Of a stretch of 64,000 nt of DNA, positions 1 through 13,994 are shown in pieces; position 1 is the first letter of the stretch, and every line of letters starts with the position of its first letter. The notes below the pieces were generated by a model. That model searched no databases. It saw only the letters and a list, made by a program, of their open reading frames with translations, and was not told the origin of the DNA. The position numbers were made by a program, and so were the translations under genes. Origin of the DNA: Patellaria atrata CBS 101060. Its lineage: Eukaryota. The stretch is from contig MU006092.1 of the NCBI GenBank assembly GCA_010093705.1, forward strand, positions 936,623-1,000,622, written 5' to 3'.

Positions 1-3000
1 CGTAGACTTTCGTTCGTACACCCACGTTGGGCCTGACATGCGAAAGTAATAATAACAAATAACGAGAGCAGATTCCGGAGAAGCAGAGTAATCCGGTTTT
101 CGGTCCTGTTTTAACGAGAAGACTTCTAAAGCACCGCCGTAGAATTACCCTTTAGCACAAAGATAAAAGCAGTTGATATTTGAAAGAAAAATCGCAAAAG
201 CTAGCTGACGTAGGTGGTTCTTGGCAGAAGGGGACGGCCGAGTGTGCCGGCGTTCTAGAAGAATTCTGTCGACTTCTGACAATCCTCAAACCCAGTTAAA
301 GTTAGTTCACCCACGCAGCCAACCCTGCAACTTCTTGAGCTTGTAACATCCACCGCACCCATGCCTCATTACCCTTTTCGGACCTACCGCCGATGCAATG
401 TCGATGATCTCGAACGCTTTGCACCAACTCACCAGGAAGTCCGCTCTCACATATCCTATTACAAACCTTTCTCCCACTCAATAAGTACCTTTTAACTACC
501 AGTTGTACAGTCGAGTATGCACCTCGTTTAGTCGGTGATCCACCATCCGAACACGGACCATGACTTTCCCTAGAAGGATCAGCACATTCCAAATATATCT
601 TGCAATCGGATCCTTTGAAGATACATATGCACAATCAAGAGCCGCGTACCGAATCTATGAAAACGTGGAAATGGCTACGACTGCGCCGCTTGTACAGGAT
701 ATGTTGTACTTACTGTGTGAGTAGCTAGGCGCGTAGCGATTGTCGGGACGCCCAGCAATAGTTCTACTGGTGTAGCCGATGGGGCAAAAGTCTTCACGCT
801 TCCCCACGATCTAATTACCGTATCTGAGGTTAACCGATCGCTTGACGGGTAACCTACTTCATTGGGGCGGATACGTGGACACCTTTTGCTGAGCCTCATG
901 ATTCGTTGAATGGTCGTCACGAAAGTGAGTTTGCACTGCTAACAACGATGTATGATTAGCGATATTAAGAGCTGTATCTCTACAATCTGCCACAATATGC
1001 TTGCTGTACAAAACGCTGGGGGGACCACAGGAGTGTGAAACATCTCAGCTGTTCAAGGTATTTGACTCTGTACGGCTGCGGATCTTTTTGTATAGTCTGG
1101 TATATTACCTACGGCGAAACCAGAACCTGCTTAAGAGAAGCCATACAGTAAGCTGGGAATTCTACGACCGGGCGAGAGATTTAAAAGAGGAGTGGATTAA
1201 AACGCGCATTGATTTGTACTCGTGACAACTCCCTAGTTGAATGTGACTCGTTTCTGCTGTCCCGTATGGAAGCATACGAAAGCTGAGTACGATGCAACTT
1301 ACGACGACAGCAACGCCAGAGTATTCTCCCCAACCGTACTCTCCCACGTCTTCCAACACTGCGTGCTGAGGAGGCATTACCCAGCTACCGATGCTCTTGC
1401 AAACACGGGATCCCATAACCCTCTTAGGATGATGGCTGCACCTAGTTCTGCGGAGCTCCCGTGACAGCAAAACTCCAGCTTCAATTCAACTCGGATCGTT
1501 AATGCGCGGTCAAACTACAAATTAGATGGCGCTTAACTGTCTAATTCTGCGGGAGATTGCTGAGTCGTGGTTGTAAGCGACTCCAAGGTGCAGACCAACG
1601 CGGTTATCCGACTCATAGATTGGATCGAGTGGGACTGAGTTTGAAAGTCCCGGTTGTTGCACACCTGAAAATATTTTTGCACCGGGGTAGAGCGGGTGGC
1701 TTGCATAGAAGTTGGGGGCTGAGTCGTCGAGATTTTCACTTTTGCAACGCAGGGTCTTGTAGGGCTGTCGCATCGGTAACACACCTCTCGGTAACAAGTC
1801 CTTGACCTACCTTACATCTTCAGCACTGCTTTGTTGCAACGGGACTTTGTGTGTCCGCGAGAATTCTGCTATAATCTAGAAATTTGATATGGCTGTGCCA
1901 CTTGATATTATCTACCTCTTTGTCAAAATATGATCCCGTGAACTAGCCACATGATCAAACGAGTACTGAGCCACAGATTGTTTAAAGAGCCAACCTGATG
2001 AGGATCGATGTCGGTTACCTAAGCATCTTGTGCGGAACTAACCGAACGGACGGAGAAAATGCGCTACCGAATCTCGGTTTTTAGGATATGAATGTGTGCT
2101 TCCCTCCTTCACATTCCATTTGCTGATTTATCCTGCATAAAGGCCGTAGGTTTAGATATGAATATACGTCATCATATTCTTATAAAATATTAGAAACTTC
2201 ACTATCAATTATCATACCATGTCGAATGATGGGATATCGCTCGCGATCAAACGCAACTGTACGGAAATACAAATCTCAGTCTACGTGCTCCCTTTTGCTA
2301 ATCCTGCAGCTAAGCTGTCATTCTATAATTCCCATTGGTCTTTATGGAGAAAGTGCAGATGTAATATAGCCAATAACAGGTCGCCGAGCTTATCTCAAGG
2401 TCTCAAGGACAACTACCGCAATCTGAGATTTCAAGTGCCTTGTCCTGTCCGATCTCTACTACTTGTGTAAGACCGGCGTGCTCATGCAGCTAAGGCCTAG
2501 AAGTGAGTTAAGATCGACCTCGGCTGTTACCGCTCCCCATATCCCGAATCTTAAAATAGTTCCAGTGGAAACCCCACAACAATTATCGCGACGAGTCTAG
2601 ACGATAAGATCGTCACTACGTCCTACTAGGCTTTCAGTTTTCTTCCATCTACATGTATTTTCTCGTAGATTAGCACAATTAGCTATTAGTGTAGAGACCA
2701 ATAAACAACAATTATTTTATACATTTCCACATTCTCTAGCCTATTAGGGTCTTGCCGTTCCTTTGAACTGATCACCGACGATAATTTGACCTTCACTAGT
2801 GAGTAAAAATCAACGTTTCTTGACTACCGGCACATAAACCCATTCAAAGTATTCTAATATTAGTAGATATATTTTCGAAGATCAAAGCCGATGCACGATG
2901 ATTGACCGGTGTCAAACTTGGCCAGCGCTCACGAGGCATGACCAAGGTTACGACTGGCTAAAGAACTACTGACTGGCTGACTGGTTATCCAGTGAGAAGT

Positions 3001-4505
3001 ATCAACACACCTCTCATAGTTTTACACTGTTACGCATGGATGCACAACTTCTCTTCTCTCTCGTACAGAGAAGCCGGAGATACCTTTGCGGTAAGACGCA
3101 CAATAAGCAGGAAATGTCATGATAGAGGAACGGATATCATCCCGCGACTTTCGTACATCTACGGTGGATGGTATTCCCCATGCATCATGTATGGTGATTA
3201 ATCCCAACCTCAAATACTCCATTTCAAAGGATCTTGGGCACCAAAATCCTCATTCTGGTTATCACTACCCCCTTAATGGGTTCATAGGCATTCCAAATCT
3301 ATTCACTTCCCCCGGTTCGGCCGAATTTGCACGGAGGTGTATCTATGAGTCTCAAGTCTAGCGCTCACTGATTATAAACCATCTATCGTCCAGCTTGCTT
3401 CATTCCTTCTCGCGAATCCGTTTGGCCAGTTCCTAGTGGGGGTTCTCCAAGTCCATATGTCTCGTCCTGTTTTGGATGGACGTAACTATTCTCTTATCTT
3501 TACACTTCTTGCCTGTGCTTGGATTCATTTTAACAAGATACATGAGACTATTCTGCTGCAGCTGGGGTTACACTGTTTCAATGACGAAAACATTTCAAGT
3601 TCGATGACCACCGTTGACGAACTGCAAGGCCTTCAAGGGATTCCAATACGCACGTACCTAGTGCGTACATTCTTCGAAGTCGTGAGTATCAGTACGTTTG
3701 GTAGCGCAGTTATGAAACCATGACCGCGGTGGAACGGTTAAGTTCAGTTTGAACAGTCACTACTACGCAAGATGGTGAGGTGTTACAATCATTTACCCAT
3801 CGCAGTATTCTTAGTGCATGACTAGGCCGCGAGACAATATTGAAAGGAATGATGTACCATGATACTGAATAAGGACTGAGGTTGAACAACAGGTTGAATT
3901 TTGTTGAATATAGTCAATCATTTGTAATACATATGTATTGATCGAGGTCTCCTGGTCCGCGGAAACCTCAGGGGTTTAGGTAATCTGTCCCTGGAGATAG
4001 GCGTTAGAGCGAGAAGGACGAACACAACAGATAATGACAATAAATTCAGTTGTTACAGAATGTTTTAAAGCCGTGGTCGTGTCCCAAATCGTCCGTCAAA
4101 ATCAGTCCGGCGCGTGTCTCGGGGAAGACCCGGCTTGGATTGGCCGGGCTAACCCATCGAGTCGTACGGGAAGCCGTTTAGCCGGAGCACTTGTTCATAA
4201 CTGAACTTACTGAAGAGAACTAGTAGATATATCGTACTCTGCATGAGCATCAACATTTCGTTTGGTGTTGATGAAATTGTGATTACTCGGCCAATTTTAG
4301 CGTGTGGTCAAGTTGGGAAGAGATATGACACAGAGCGCGTCCTCAAACGTATCCCACGTAATGGGGAGGGGTATTTTCAGTTTAACAGATATTCGATGAA
4401 GTTCAGAGGTTTAGAAATTCCCTATTCTGGCGTGCCGCAGCCCAGGTTAGGGTGGTCACACGAGCCGAGAAATACCCGCGTGACGAGCGTGACTCCCCTC
4501 TTTCA

Positions 4506-4902
4506 GAAAGTGAACTTCCGCTACCTCGTCCAGAATTTTCATATCGCACATGAATCTTTAAAATTTTCTCTCAGGGTTATAGATAACTGTATAACTTGAC
4601 TCAATTCTCAATTATTAAGTGAATAACCAGAAAAAAATCACGCCATTTTAAAGTTGTTGTTTATGCCAAGATTTTGGATATAGGCTCGTGCGTGTCGTGC
4701 ATTCGTCAGAAACTAAACTTTCACCATCTCACTTTGAAAAAAAAAGTTATATCGCACATCAATTTTTCAAGAATTTTTTACGAGAATCTAGATAACTGTA
4801 TGAAACTTCTTTTTATTAGCCGTTAAGAAATGACCAATAAAATTATGTCCTTTTAAAGAACAAACCCCCGTGTTATGCCAAGGCTTTGGATATGGCTCGT
4901 GC
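4506..4902. repeat. Two degenerate tandem ~200-bp units (4506-4691, 4709-4902) of a dispersed repeat family
   Basis: Both units show the ordered blocks GAAA(G/C)T(G/A)AACTT, TATCGCACAT, TAGATAACTGTAT, ACCA+A-run and TTATGCCAAG..TTTGGATAT..GGCTCGTGC; a third copy lies at 26012-26160. Confidence 0.7.
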
Positions 4903-5767
4903 TCTTATCTCTTCTACTACAATGTTAGGAAGAGCTCCGTAGACTGGACAGAGTATTGGGGGCCCATAAAGTCAGGGTTGATATTACACCAGTAAATTTC
5001 GCAGTACGTCTACTGCAACTGAGAAGCATTGATCCTAACAGCGGAGAGGATATATCAATTCCATGTCCGGGCGAAACGGGATCACGATAGATCTAATATC
5101 CACCTACTGTGACTAAAGGAGGACTTAAAGAAGGTGCTGTATTTTACTGAATTATATAGCGTCATTGATTCATCAGGTTGTCTTTGGCGTATGATGCAAG
5201 TGAGCTTGTAGCTGGATACCATATCTAAGAGTAGCTGTACAGCAAACCAGGAGTGCCATTGAGAAAGGAAGGGGCACTGACAATAAATCAAAACTTTGGA
5301 TGAGAAGTAGTACCTTGCCAGTAGTTGATAGATTCTGAAAACGACTGGGACAGCATTCCTATGAGTTATTTAAAATACAGTAAGACTCTTTTATTCGAAG
5401 GTTGTTTCCATCGTTATGAATATCCCATCATATAGTAGAGTTCAAGTGCGATGGGCTTCCGTTCTGAGCTGTACATACCAGTAAGAACCCCCTAGAAATT
5501 ATATTTAATGGAACAGCATGACTGTATGACCGCTATACTAGAACAGAAGGCTAGCGAGTATGGAAAAAGAAGAGCCAGTTCTGGTAATAAGATCAACAGG
5601 TAATATACCCTTTTGTAGAAGTGTTGTGGACTATTGTATTCAGACGTCAATATCAAAACTCACGAAATGGAACGCTAGATCTAGACGCAAATCATTTCAA
5701 CACTTAACAAAACTTAACGCCTATGCGCCATTAAAGCTTTCCGGATTCCACATTTCTAACCCGAGTA

Positions 5768-8353
5768 TCATGAATTCGCCTTCTGTCTATCTTCTTGCTC
5801 CGTCCTCTGATCCGGGTGCTCATATATCATATCCACATGTTTGATAGGATGCAACAGCATCGCGGGTAGGCACATTCTTCCTTCTTGAGCCATCTCCCAT
5901 TGCTCCCCTCCATCATTATCGACCTTGTAGCCCAGCCATCTCTTCCATAAATTTGGTGCGAAGCCTGCGTCATAAAACCATGTGGTGCCCCTAAAGTTGT
6001 GTCGTTTTTCCTCTCCAAAAACACTCAACCGAGATCCACCAGAGGCTCCGTTACGGCCGGCATTGAATGTGTCTGCCAGATAATCTATTGGCCAACGTCT
6101 GTCGACGTAAATCGGGTGTGGCGCGTACACCGCCTTCAGGCCGTGATGTAGAGCGACACTCCCAGGCCACATCTCAGTGGACATGGTATGACGCTTGAAG
6201 GCCGTTTCACGGTGCATCGTCTCCAGAAGACGTCGCGAAAGACGGGATGCAGTCCCAATGCTTACACGTCGAGGGGGAAACCCTTTGCTAGTGTTATAGC
6301 CCGTTACATCATCCGAGAGAATCCATCCACTACCCTCTGGATCAAAAAGGGGGCTAAAGGTGATAAGATCTGCTTCTTCGTCCGAACCCCACTGGTACTG
6401 ATCAGTTTTGAAATTCACATTTGGCCTTTGGTCTTTAGTTGTTTCCAGTTCATCGTCGAGCGGGGGAACAGGTCCCCAGACTGGAAGTTCAAGGCCGTGC
6501 TTCTCAAAACCTTCCATTCCGGGTTTCGGGTCGGTATGTCCCATTGCAGCCCACACACTTTCTCTATCATTTGTCCCATGCTCGGTTTGTAATTCCACTA
6601 GCTGCATGAACTTATCCCAAGACCCATGTTTCTCAGGCACGTAAAAACGCCCATTGCGTTCCCACAGAAACTTGCGCGGCTGTTTCTTAGCCCATGAGCT
6701 GACCTTGTCAAACAGATGATACATGTTGCCGGTATAACGCACATCCATCTCCCAATGCCAGAAAAAGTCGTATTCAGGGTGTTGATGGGCAAAATACTGG
6801 ACGGGCATGAAGGCGCTTCGGTAGACTCCGTGGACAGGGAGGTCTCGGAAAAAGCTTTCTGCAACACCGCCATATATGAGACCCATCTGACGTTCCGACC
6901 AGAGCGTTCCCATACCTCTGAACTCCTCGGGGAGCGCATTATTTAGAACCTCTTGGTAGACCTCCTCGTCTGCCCAGATTTGCTTGTTGTCGTCCTTGAC
7001 GTGTACTAGAAAGTGCAATGTGTATTCTCCGCCAGACAAAATAGAAAGCTCGGCAAGAAGGGAACGTAGGAAAAAGAGATCTTCATCATCATACTGGTAG
7101 TCCCACCACGTACGGAGAAGAACTGCTGTCCGCGGAAGCTCCTTATTTACAATCGGCGGTTTAGGGATTGACGTAATGGTTGTCTCTACAGGGATAGGAG
7201 CCGTAACTGATACACTCGCAGCTGTAGCATTGGAGGTTCCGTCATCAACAGATTGTGCTGTGACGTTTCCGAGATTTCCGGGAAGTGAACTGTCGGTCCG
7301 TCGTCGCTTTCGCGCCGAAGTAGACGTTGATATATCATCGACTGTCAATCCTTGAAATAAATTCCCGCGAGACTTATCTGACTCCTTGAATCGATGGCGA
7401 TTTGCATTGAAACATCGTGTCTGGACGTCTGCCCACCTAACTGTCCTAAAGTCAACCTCTACATCTTGCTGCCAGATCTGCTCAATCCCCTCTCTATCTC
7501 CCTCCATGCCTGCACTGCTCCCTCCAATCTTCCTACTATAACCTAACCCGTATGGGCCAAGTTTCCCAAATCTTTCAAAGCAGACGTCTTCTCTCAAACC
7601 CAACGTTTCGTATGAGCCCATAACATTTTTCGGCATCCCTTTCGGTACGCCATTGTAAGCACGAAGCATGGGAACCCGTATGGTATTTTTAGCGTCTAAA
7701 AAGCACTCGTATACCTCTCCATACTCCGATTTGTATTGTGCCGATTTATAATCTGGGTACGGGTCAAATACCTCCGATGCTGGTAGTTGGATATGTGTCT
7801 GGCCAGGGACCAGAGTTGAGTTATTGGTGATCTTCGGATCCAATGATGATACAAACTTCTCATTAAGTCCAGGGTATTCTGGAATATTATCTGCCTGCGA
7901 TACTAAGGTCCGAATACCACCGTGGTATCTCTTTAGGAATGGAAATGCCTCCCACACAGGAGGCTTTGGTGGAGGTTTCGATAGACCAAGTCGCACGTTA
8001 CGCGCCGAGGACCAGCTCATCCGCACCAACGAAAGTATGAATAATATAAGGGTAGAACCAAGTGCTATTGTAAAGTATCTTCCGTATCTCCGGGGGGCGC
8101 GATATGTATATGCGCTTGCATGGCGCCGGGGAGAAGAGGTTCGTCTTGGTATCATAGGCGCTTGCGAGCCTGAAGCGGCTCTGGAGGAGTAACTGCTGGT
8201 CGTGGGCGAGGAAAGATAGTCGTCTTCATCCAATACAGTGCTCTTTTCCACATCATAATCCCCTATGTCTCCATCATGTTCTTCCTCGAATCCCAGCGGT
8301 GAGGTATATCCCTGGTATCTTCTCTTTGAGACGTGCAATGGATTGAGACCCAT
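5768..8353 (-). CDS. DUF3405-type fungal protein (type II membrane, single exon, 861 aa)
   Basis: Long uninterrupted ORF with an N-terminal TM segment (YFTIALGSTLILFILSLV); motifs RTAVLLRTW, FFWHWEMDVRYTG, EEADLITFSPLFDP, LHHGLKAVYAPHP and MLLHPIK are typical of this family. Confidence 0.85.
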   Translation of the reverse strand: MGLNPLHVSKRRYQGYTSPLGFEEEHDGDIGDYDVEKSTVLDEDDYLSSPTTSSYSSRAASGSQAPMIPRRTSSPRRHASAYTYRAPRRYGRYFTIALGSTLILFILSLVRMSWSSARNVRLGLSKPPPKPPVWEAFPFLKRYHGGIRTLVSQADNIPEYPGLNEKFVSSLDPKITNNSTLVPGQTHIQLPASEVFDPYPDYKSAQYKSEYGEVYECFLDAKNTIRVPMLRAYNGVPKGMPKNVMGSYETLGLREDVCFERFGKLGPYGLGYSRKIGGSSAGMEGDREGIEQIWQQDVEVDFRTVRWADVQTRCFNANRHRFKESDKSRGNLFQGLTVDDISTSTSARKRRRTDSSLPGNLGNVTAQSVDDGTSNATAASVSVTAPIPVETTITSIPKPPIVNKELPRTAVLLRTWWDYQYDDEDLFFLRSLLAELSILSGGEYTLHFLVHVKDDNKQIWADEEVYQEVLNNALPEEFRGMGTLWSERQMGLIYGGVAESFFRDLPVHGVYRSAFMPVQYFAHQHPEYDFFWHWEMDVRYTGNMYHLFDKVSSWAKKQPRKFLWERNGRFYVPEKHGSWDKFMQLVELQTEHGTNDRESVWAAMGHTDPKPGMEGFEKHGLELPVWGPVPPLDDELETTKDQRPNVNFKTDQYQWGSDEEADLITFSPLFDPEGSGWILSDDVTGYNTSKGFPPRRVSIGTASRLSRRLLETMHRETAFKRHTMSTEMWPGSVALHHGLKAVYAPHPIYVDRRWPIDYLADTFNAGRNGASGGSRLSVFGEEKRHNFRGTTWFYDAGFAPNLWKRWLGYKVDNDGGEQWEMAQEGRMCLPAMLLHPIKHVDMIYEHPDQRTEQEDRQKANS

Positions 8354-8801
8354 GTCCTAAATATTCAATGCTCTATTAGACGTAGTTACTACCATCTGTT
8401 ATTTACTGGTCACCGGGGTTAGAATGTACAGCTTTCAGGTCGTTTTTGAAATCCTAATCGAGTCCACCGACAGCAGTCTGAAGTTGGACCACTAATAATG
8501 GGGATGACGGGAGTTTGTACAAGAATTAAGGGTCAGTATATAGGTAATTATGTACAAATGCGCGTAAGGAGTTCTCCGCTTATCAGTCGGGTTGTATAGA
8601 AATTGAGCAACACGAAAAGGCCTGTCAATAGATACAAGGAAACGCCAAGCTCGAGGGTGGACGCGTTGGCCGAGAAACGGTCTCCACATGCAGCCCGGCT
8701 AAGCTTCGGGACATTACGCGCTATTGGTGCGGTTGACAACTTGACGAAAATGAACAACAACTTCTGTCAGTTGAATTTATGAGATTTGATGGCCTCCAAT
8801 A

Positions 8802-9881
8802 TCACATACGGTGATTGCTACTGTGACTACTCTTCTTGCTGAACCTTAAACGCATCCTATTCTTAGGCGTCGCGGCGTTTGCTGATGTGGTATCGGCGTA
8901 TGCCTTTACGGTGCCCTTCTTTTTTCCCTTCCTAACGTCTCTCCTACTGGCGCAGCAACAACACAATCCCGTCTGTATCAACCAAGCACATATCGTAAAA
9001 CCAGACGCGATCCACATGAAAACAAACATTTTCGTCCCAAGGTTGGCCCCAATGCTTAGCTCCTCTACTTTGGTAACAACGTTTCGGACAATGACGAACA
9101 TAACAGTCGCCAATACTGTCGCCACTGTTGTCGTTAGGGCAGCGACGAATGTCAAGATCGCTACAGGCAGAGTAGTCCATCGGCTATACACGGAGATAGG
9201 AGTAATGAATATCATAACGGTGGATAAGCAGGCACCTGTCAGAAAGAGTGCGAACATCCATTCAGACGCTGTTTTCAGGATGTTTAGAACGTCGAGGAGA
9301 TCAACAGGAAGAGCAACTAGAGGCTTAACATCAGTTTTCTACGATACATGCAGAATTTTGGCCTACTTACTTGTCGCACCGGCAAGTAGCTCATTCACTA
9401 AGATCTCGACGGGGTTAAACCAATAAAGAGATTGAGGACGAGAGCAGAAGGTAACGCCTTGCCCATTATAACCCTCGCAAAACCCCCATAATGCTACACT
9501 GTAGAAGTCGTGTAGACCCAAAGTCTGTGCTATACTGTTGATGAGTATCGCGTTCGGAATCGAGCGTGGGACAATGTGACTGAGATCCAGCCTTAGGAAG
9601 TAGATGTCGCGAAGGATTGGTCTGTTGTAGGTCCCTCCAATTTCGACGAGAATGAGGAACAAGACAGCGATAAATAAGAGGAAGGAGCTCAATAGCGCAA
9701 AGTTCTTTCTAATCCTCGTAGCTCGTCTCAATTGAGCTTTAGAAAGATTGTTAACAGCGTCGTCCGCACTCTTGGGTTCTGTTTTCTCTAGTCTAGAGGA
9801 CGAATCAGGCTGCACAGATGATTCTGATTCGTCTCTTTGACGTGATCTTCTCGCCGGAAAGTTCTTTAGTAATGAGACCAT
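8802..9881 (-). CDS. SUR7/PalI family integral membrane protein (2 exons; intron ~9318-9370)
   Basis: Four hydrophobic segments and the claudin-like motif GLHDFYSVALWGFCEG; GTAAGT..CTAG intron joins ...LLAGAT/IALPVDLLDVLNILKTASEWMF; CCCC cluster near the C-terminus. Confidence 0.85.
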
Positions 9882-10675
9882 CGTAGATATTTTTGGACTA
9901 GCGAAAAAGCTGCGACACACAACTACCTGTAGTGATAAAGCATCTTGAAGAGGTATGTGGTGTGTCTATTTGCAAAGATTATTTGACAGTATAAAAGTGT
10001 AGATGTTTGGGGTGTTGTACAGTAAATGATAACGGGTCGCCGCACGTAGAGTACAGTAGTTCTACGTCAGAGCTAAAGTACCTCGACATCTTTTACATTC
10101 ATATGCATTATGCAAAGTGCAAGCATACTACAAAGTATTTGTCGTCAAAATCACTTTCCAGCCGTCATGGACCTTAGGCCATAATCTTTTTCAGTAATCT
10201 AGTTCTATCCCATCTTATTCGTTTCCGAATTTGAAAATCTTCGGATTATACGTCAACAAGAACCAAGGGGATAGCGGTACTCAGCGGAAATGATATCAAG
10301 CAAACTTAAGGTTATCCCCTGTAGTTTGTCAAGGGGCATAGAGGAGTAGTTGGGCTTGCGCGTTCCATTGCTTGCGCCTCCGGCTAAATTACGACCTGTA
10401 CTCATAAGTTATCCACCCTGGAGGACATTAAGGTAACAACTTATCCCATGAATGACGATGGCCTTTTCAAGGACTTGCAGTTAACATCATTTATTATGTT
10501 ACAATAATTAGCGCTTGCTTAGGTTTACTTTGAATCCTTCTCAACGCAACTTTCGCATTTCTCCTATAATCGTTCTAATGAGCAGGTCTTGGGTTAATAG
10601 CACGCCTTTGCGTATGGGTATCTATTAGACACCAAAGGAGCAGCATTGTGATAAGGAAAAAAATTGGCTACTACT

Positions 10676-12144
10676 ATGCATCATTTCCTTTGGCTCAGCT
10701 GTCTCACAGCAGCAGTAGTCGAAGCTCAGTCTTCGTCGAATCTCGTCATTAGTGGAACTGTATTATTTCCTGATCGACTACCAACCGGGTCGGATGTCAC
10801 TTATCTCTCCTATGAATCTACACTCACCACCGGCAGCTTAGAAATGGGTACTACGGGTATGATTACTGCTGCGTCAAGCGATATGGGTGCATTGAACGCG
10901 ACAGCTAGTTCAACAGCTCCGTTAACTTCAAAGCCTGCTTCCTTAACAGTGCTTACCGGGGGCCAGAGGACGTCGACGTTGATAAATGGAACAATTACCA
11001 CAAATTCAGATGTTACAATGAGTAGTACAACTTCGGTCAGGCCAACGAATACTCAGCCCTGCAATAACTATCCCGAGTTCTGCACAAGACGATATTCCAA
11101 CATCACAGAAGTCTGTGCCCATAACTCTCCCTTCGTTAGGACGAACAATGCAGCGAGTAATCAACAATTCAAGGTAACCCAACAACTTGATGATGGGATT
11201 CGAATGTGTATGTCCAGTCTTTTTTCTTTGATCCAGTTCTTCAATTCCACATAGATAATCTCTCTGACGCAAGAATCTAGTGCAAGGACAAGTCCGCTTT
11301 GTTGAGGAAGTTCCACACTTCTGCCATTCCTCTTGCGAGTTGTTTGATGCAGGTCTAGTGGAAGATTACTTGAAAACTGTCAAGAATTGGCTGAACGCTC
11401 ACCCATACGAGGTTCTCACAATCCTCCTTGGAAATCCGGAGTATAGGGCCGTTGGAAACTTTACTACTGCTATCCGGAATTCTGGTATTGCTCGATATCT
11501 TTATGAACCTCCCAAAGTACCGATGAGTCTGGACGACTGGCCGACGCTCTCGGAGATGATTCTTTTGCAGAAGAGAGTTGTCTTCTTTCTGGATTATGAA
11601 GCTAACCAAACTGCTGTACCCTATATACTGGATGAGTTCAGTCAGATGTGGGAAACACCTTTCTCGCCGACTGATGTATCCTTCCCCTGCACTGTCGAGC
11701 GCCCACCTAATCTTCCGGAAGACCAAGCTAGACAACGACTGTATATTGCAAATCACAACCTCAATGTCAATATCGACTTAGGGATCGTCAATCTTTTGCT
11801 TCCCAATACGGCGCAACTTACTGAAGTGAATGGGTTGAACGGGAGTGAGAGTTTGGGTCAGATGGCGGAGGAGTGCAAGAGTATTAGCCAAATAATCATT
11901 GACCCCAAATACACCTTCTAATATGAGTGCAGACGTCTGGAACCGACCCCCAAACTTCCTTCTCGTTGATTATTACAATTACGGAGAACCTAATGGTAGC
12001 GTATTCGGCGTTGCAGCCGAGCAGAATAATGTCACGTACAATCGGAAATGCTGTGGAATACCACAATCTCTTGCTACTCCTCTACTTCATCCATCGAAGA
12101 TTTTTATTTGGACCCTTGCAGGACTTGTTGGTTTAGCTCTATGA
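10676..12144 (+). CDS. Secreted, possibly GPI-anchored PLC-like phosphodiesterase (PI-PLC X domain; 3 exons)
   Basis: Signal peptide and S/T-rich linker, then CNNYPEFC, AHNSPF, QLDDGIRM, FCHSSC and RPPNFLLVDYY motifs; introns ~11208-11280 and ~11882-11932; hydrophobic C-terminal tail. Confidence 0.85.
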
Positions 12145-13994
12145 TCATCCTACTCAGTTTCAATGATGTCAGCTCGGAGAGGTCACTATCCCAGGTCAAT
12201 CGGCGTCCCTCGGATTCTATATGGTTACTAAATATTTATTGACGCCTCCAGCTCTCTATTGTCCGTACGTGGAGTAATCCACACTGTCACAATATTTTCA
12301 TCCGTTCTTATCTTTCTGTATTTTACGTTCCAGTACCCCTCTGAGCGTGAGAGTAGAATCAATATGCGGGAAATGCAATGATAGGAGAACAGATACTTGT
12401 GGATGGGGCTCTCTTAAACGATTTGATAGAGTTAATCTAAAAAAGCTGGATTGGTTCAATTATCAAGCAAGAGCTTGATGATTTTAGGGACTCATATAAG
12501 TCTGCAAGGTAGTAACAGTTAGGTGAGTAGACTTTCGAAACCCTATCTCTCTCAAAGATGGTTGGCTCATAGGTAAGGCTTAACCGTGGGTACTATGAAT
12601 TCGACTGATCGACCCTAGGATTTAATTAGTTACATATTTGGGCACTCACGATCTGAAACAATTGAAATTGTCTTGGAAACAGTCGCTTCGAAAGGCCTTT
12701 AAGCGAGGAATTCCCAACAGAGTACACTTATTGCAGGATACCCGGCCCTCTTATCATTTCTTCCTACGCTAATGATGAATTGACAACTGCTCGATCTTCA
12801 AAATCGACATTATTTTGTCAAATACCTCCTCTCGACACTTTTTCCAACGGTTCAAGCTAGTTTATAACATCACGCAGACAAGACTTGCGTATAGAATGTA
12901 TATGGCTAAGGTGCCTGATAATATGCTCACAGTCGGCGCCCCGAAGGACTGACTTTTCCTCACGCCCCCCGAGATAGCGTTTATCGTGCTCGCTATTGTA
13001 TTATATCTTACAGTACTCGTCATGGGTTTTATTTCTCTCTGATATTCACGACGACTCTCGTTCTAGAACAAGACGTTGGAACTAACCTCAAGGTTACAAC
13101 TCCATGGATATGCAGAAGTAATCGAGATCGTCTATAGCGGAAAGGACTGCCCTTGAATCATAAACTTACACTTAGAGCTTGATCCGGCGCCGCAAGCTTG
13201 TGAAATGTGAACGCTAGCTAGCGCACGTTTTGAAGCGGGTAAGGTGAACGGAACGGACCGTAGTTCTAGACAATATCATCAGACACAATTGCGGACAGAT
13301 TCTAGAGCAGACTCAACATATTCCATGTCAGTATTGCGTAGGATACAGTATCTATAGCCCCTTCGCCAACACTCCATCTTACTCCTTTACTCTCTATCCA
13401 TCTTGACTGTTTCCACCTATTCCATGTCAATCCCAACTGTTGATATCTTTCAGAAGATTGATCTTGAATTCTCTAATTGCTTGACGCAAGCATGTGCTAG
13501 ATAAAGACTTTCAAACCATGGTTCACAGTTTGCGGAGCCGCTCCTCATGAGTCCTGAGAACAACCGGACTCGGTTCGGCTTACTTTCAAGGTTACCGTTA
13601 TCATCTACTCAGGTCCACTTCCCCCGCTTTTATTGATTTAAGAATTAGGAAGAATGGTCCCGAGCGTCAGTGGTAGAGCTCACTTCCAGTAAGAGTCTCT
13701 CCATAATCTTTCTGTTCTTCTCGAACCGTTGAGACGTCGCATGATTGAGCAATTGGCCGGTACTTCCCCGTATATCACTCTCCTGGAGGGCATAAATTCA
13801 CCTTAGCTCCTTCCTCCCTTTTGCTCTTAAACGCGGCATCTACATTTGTTCGGCTGGACGTCTACCTCATCTCAAAATACCCGCGTTGATAATTCAATTT
13901 TTCCCCCCAACCAGTAATTATTTCTAATATCATCTATCAGCCCATCGCCATCTCCACTGAGGCCAGGTCCTGTTCAACTTAGCGTTTTTCAGAT

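Noticed and set aside
1..4400. Many short ORFs (60-120 aa) on both strands
   Set aside because: No recognisable motifs, consistent splice model or codon bias; treated as intergenic or unrecognisably decayed
13655..13730. tRNA-like TCAGTGGTAGAGC
   Set aside because: No T-loop (GTTCRA), acceptor stem or anticodon arm
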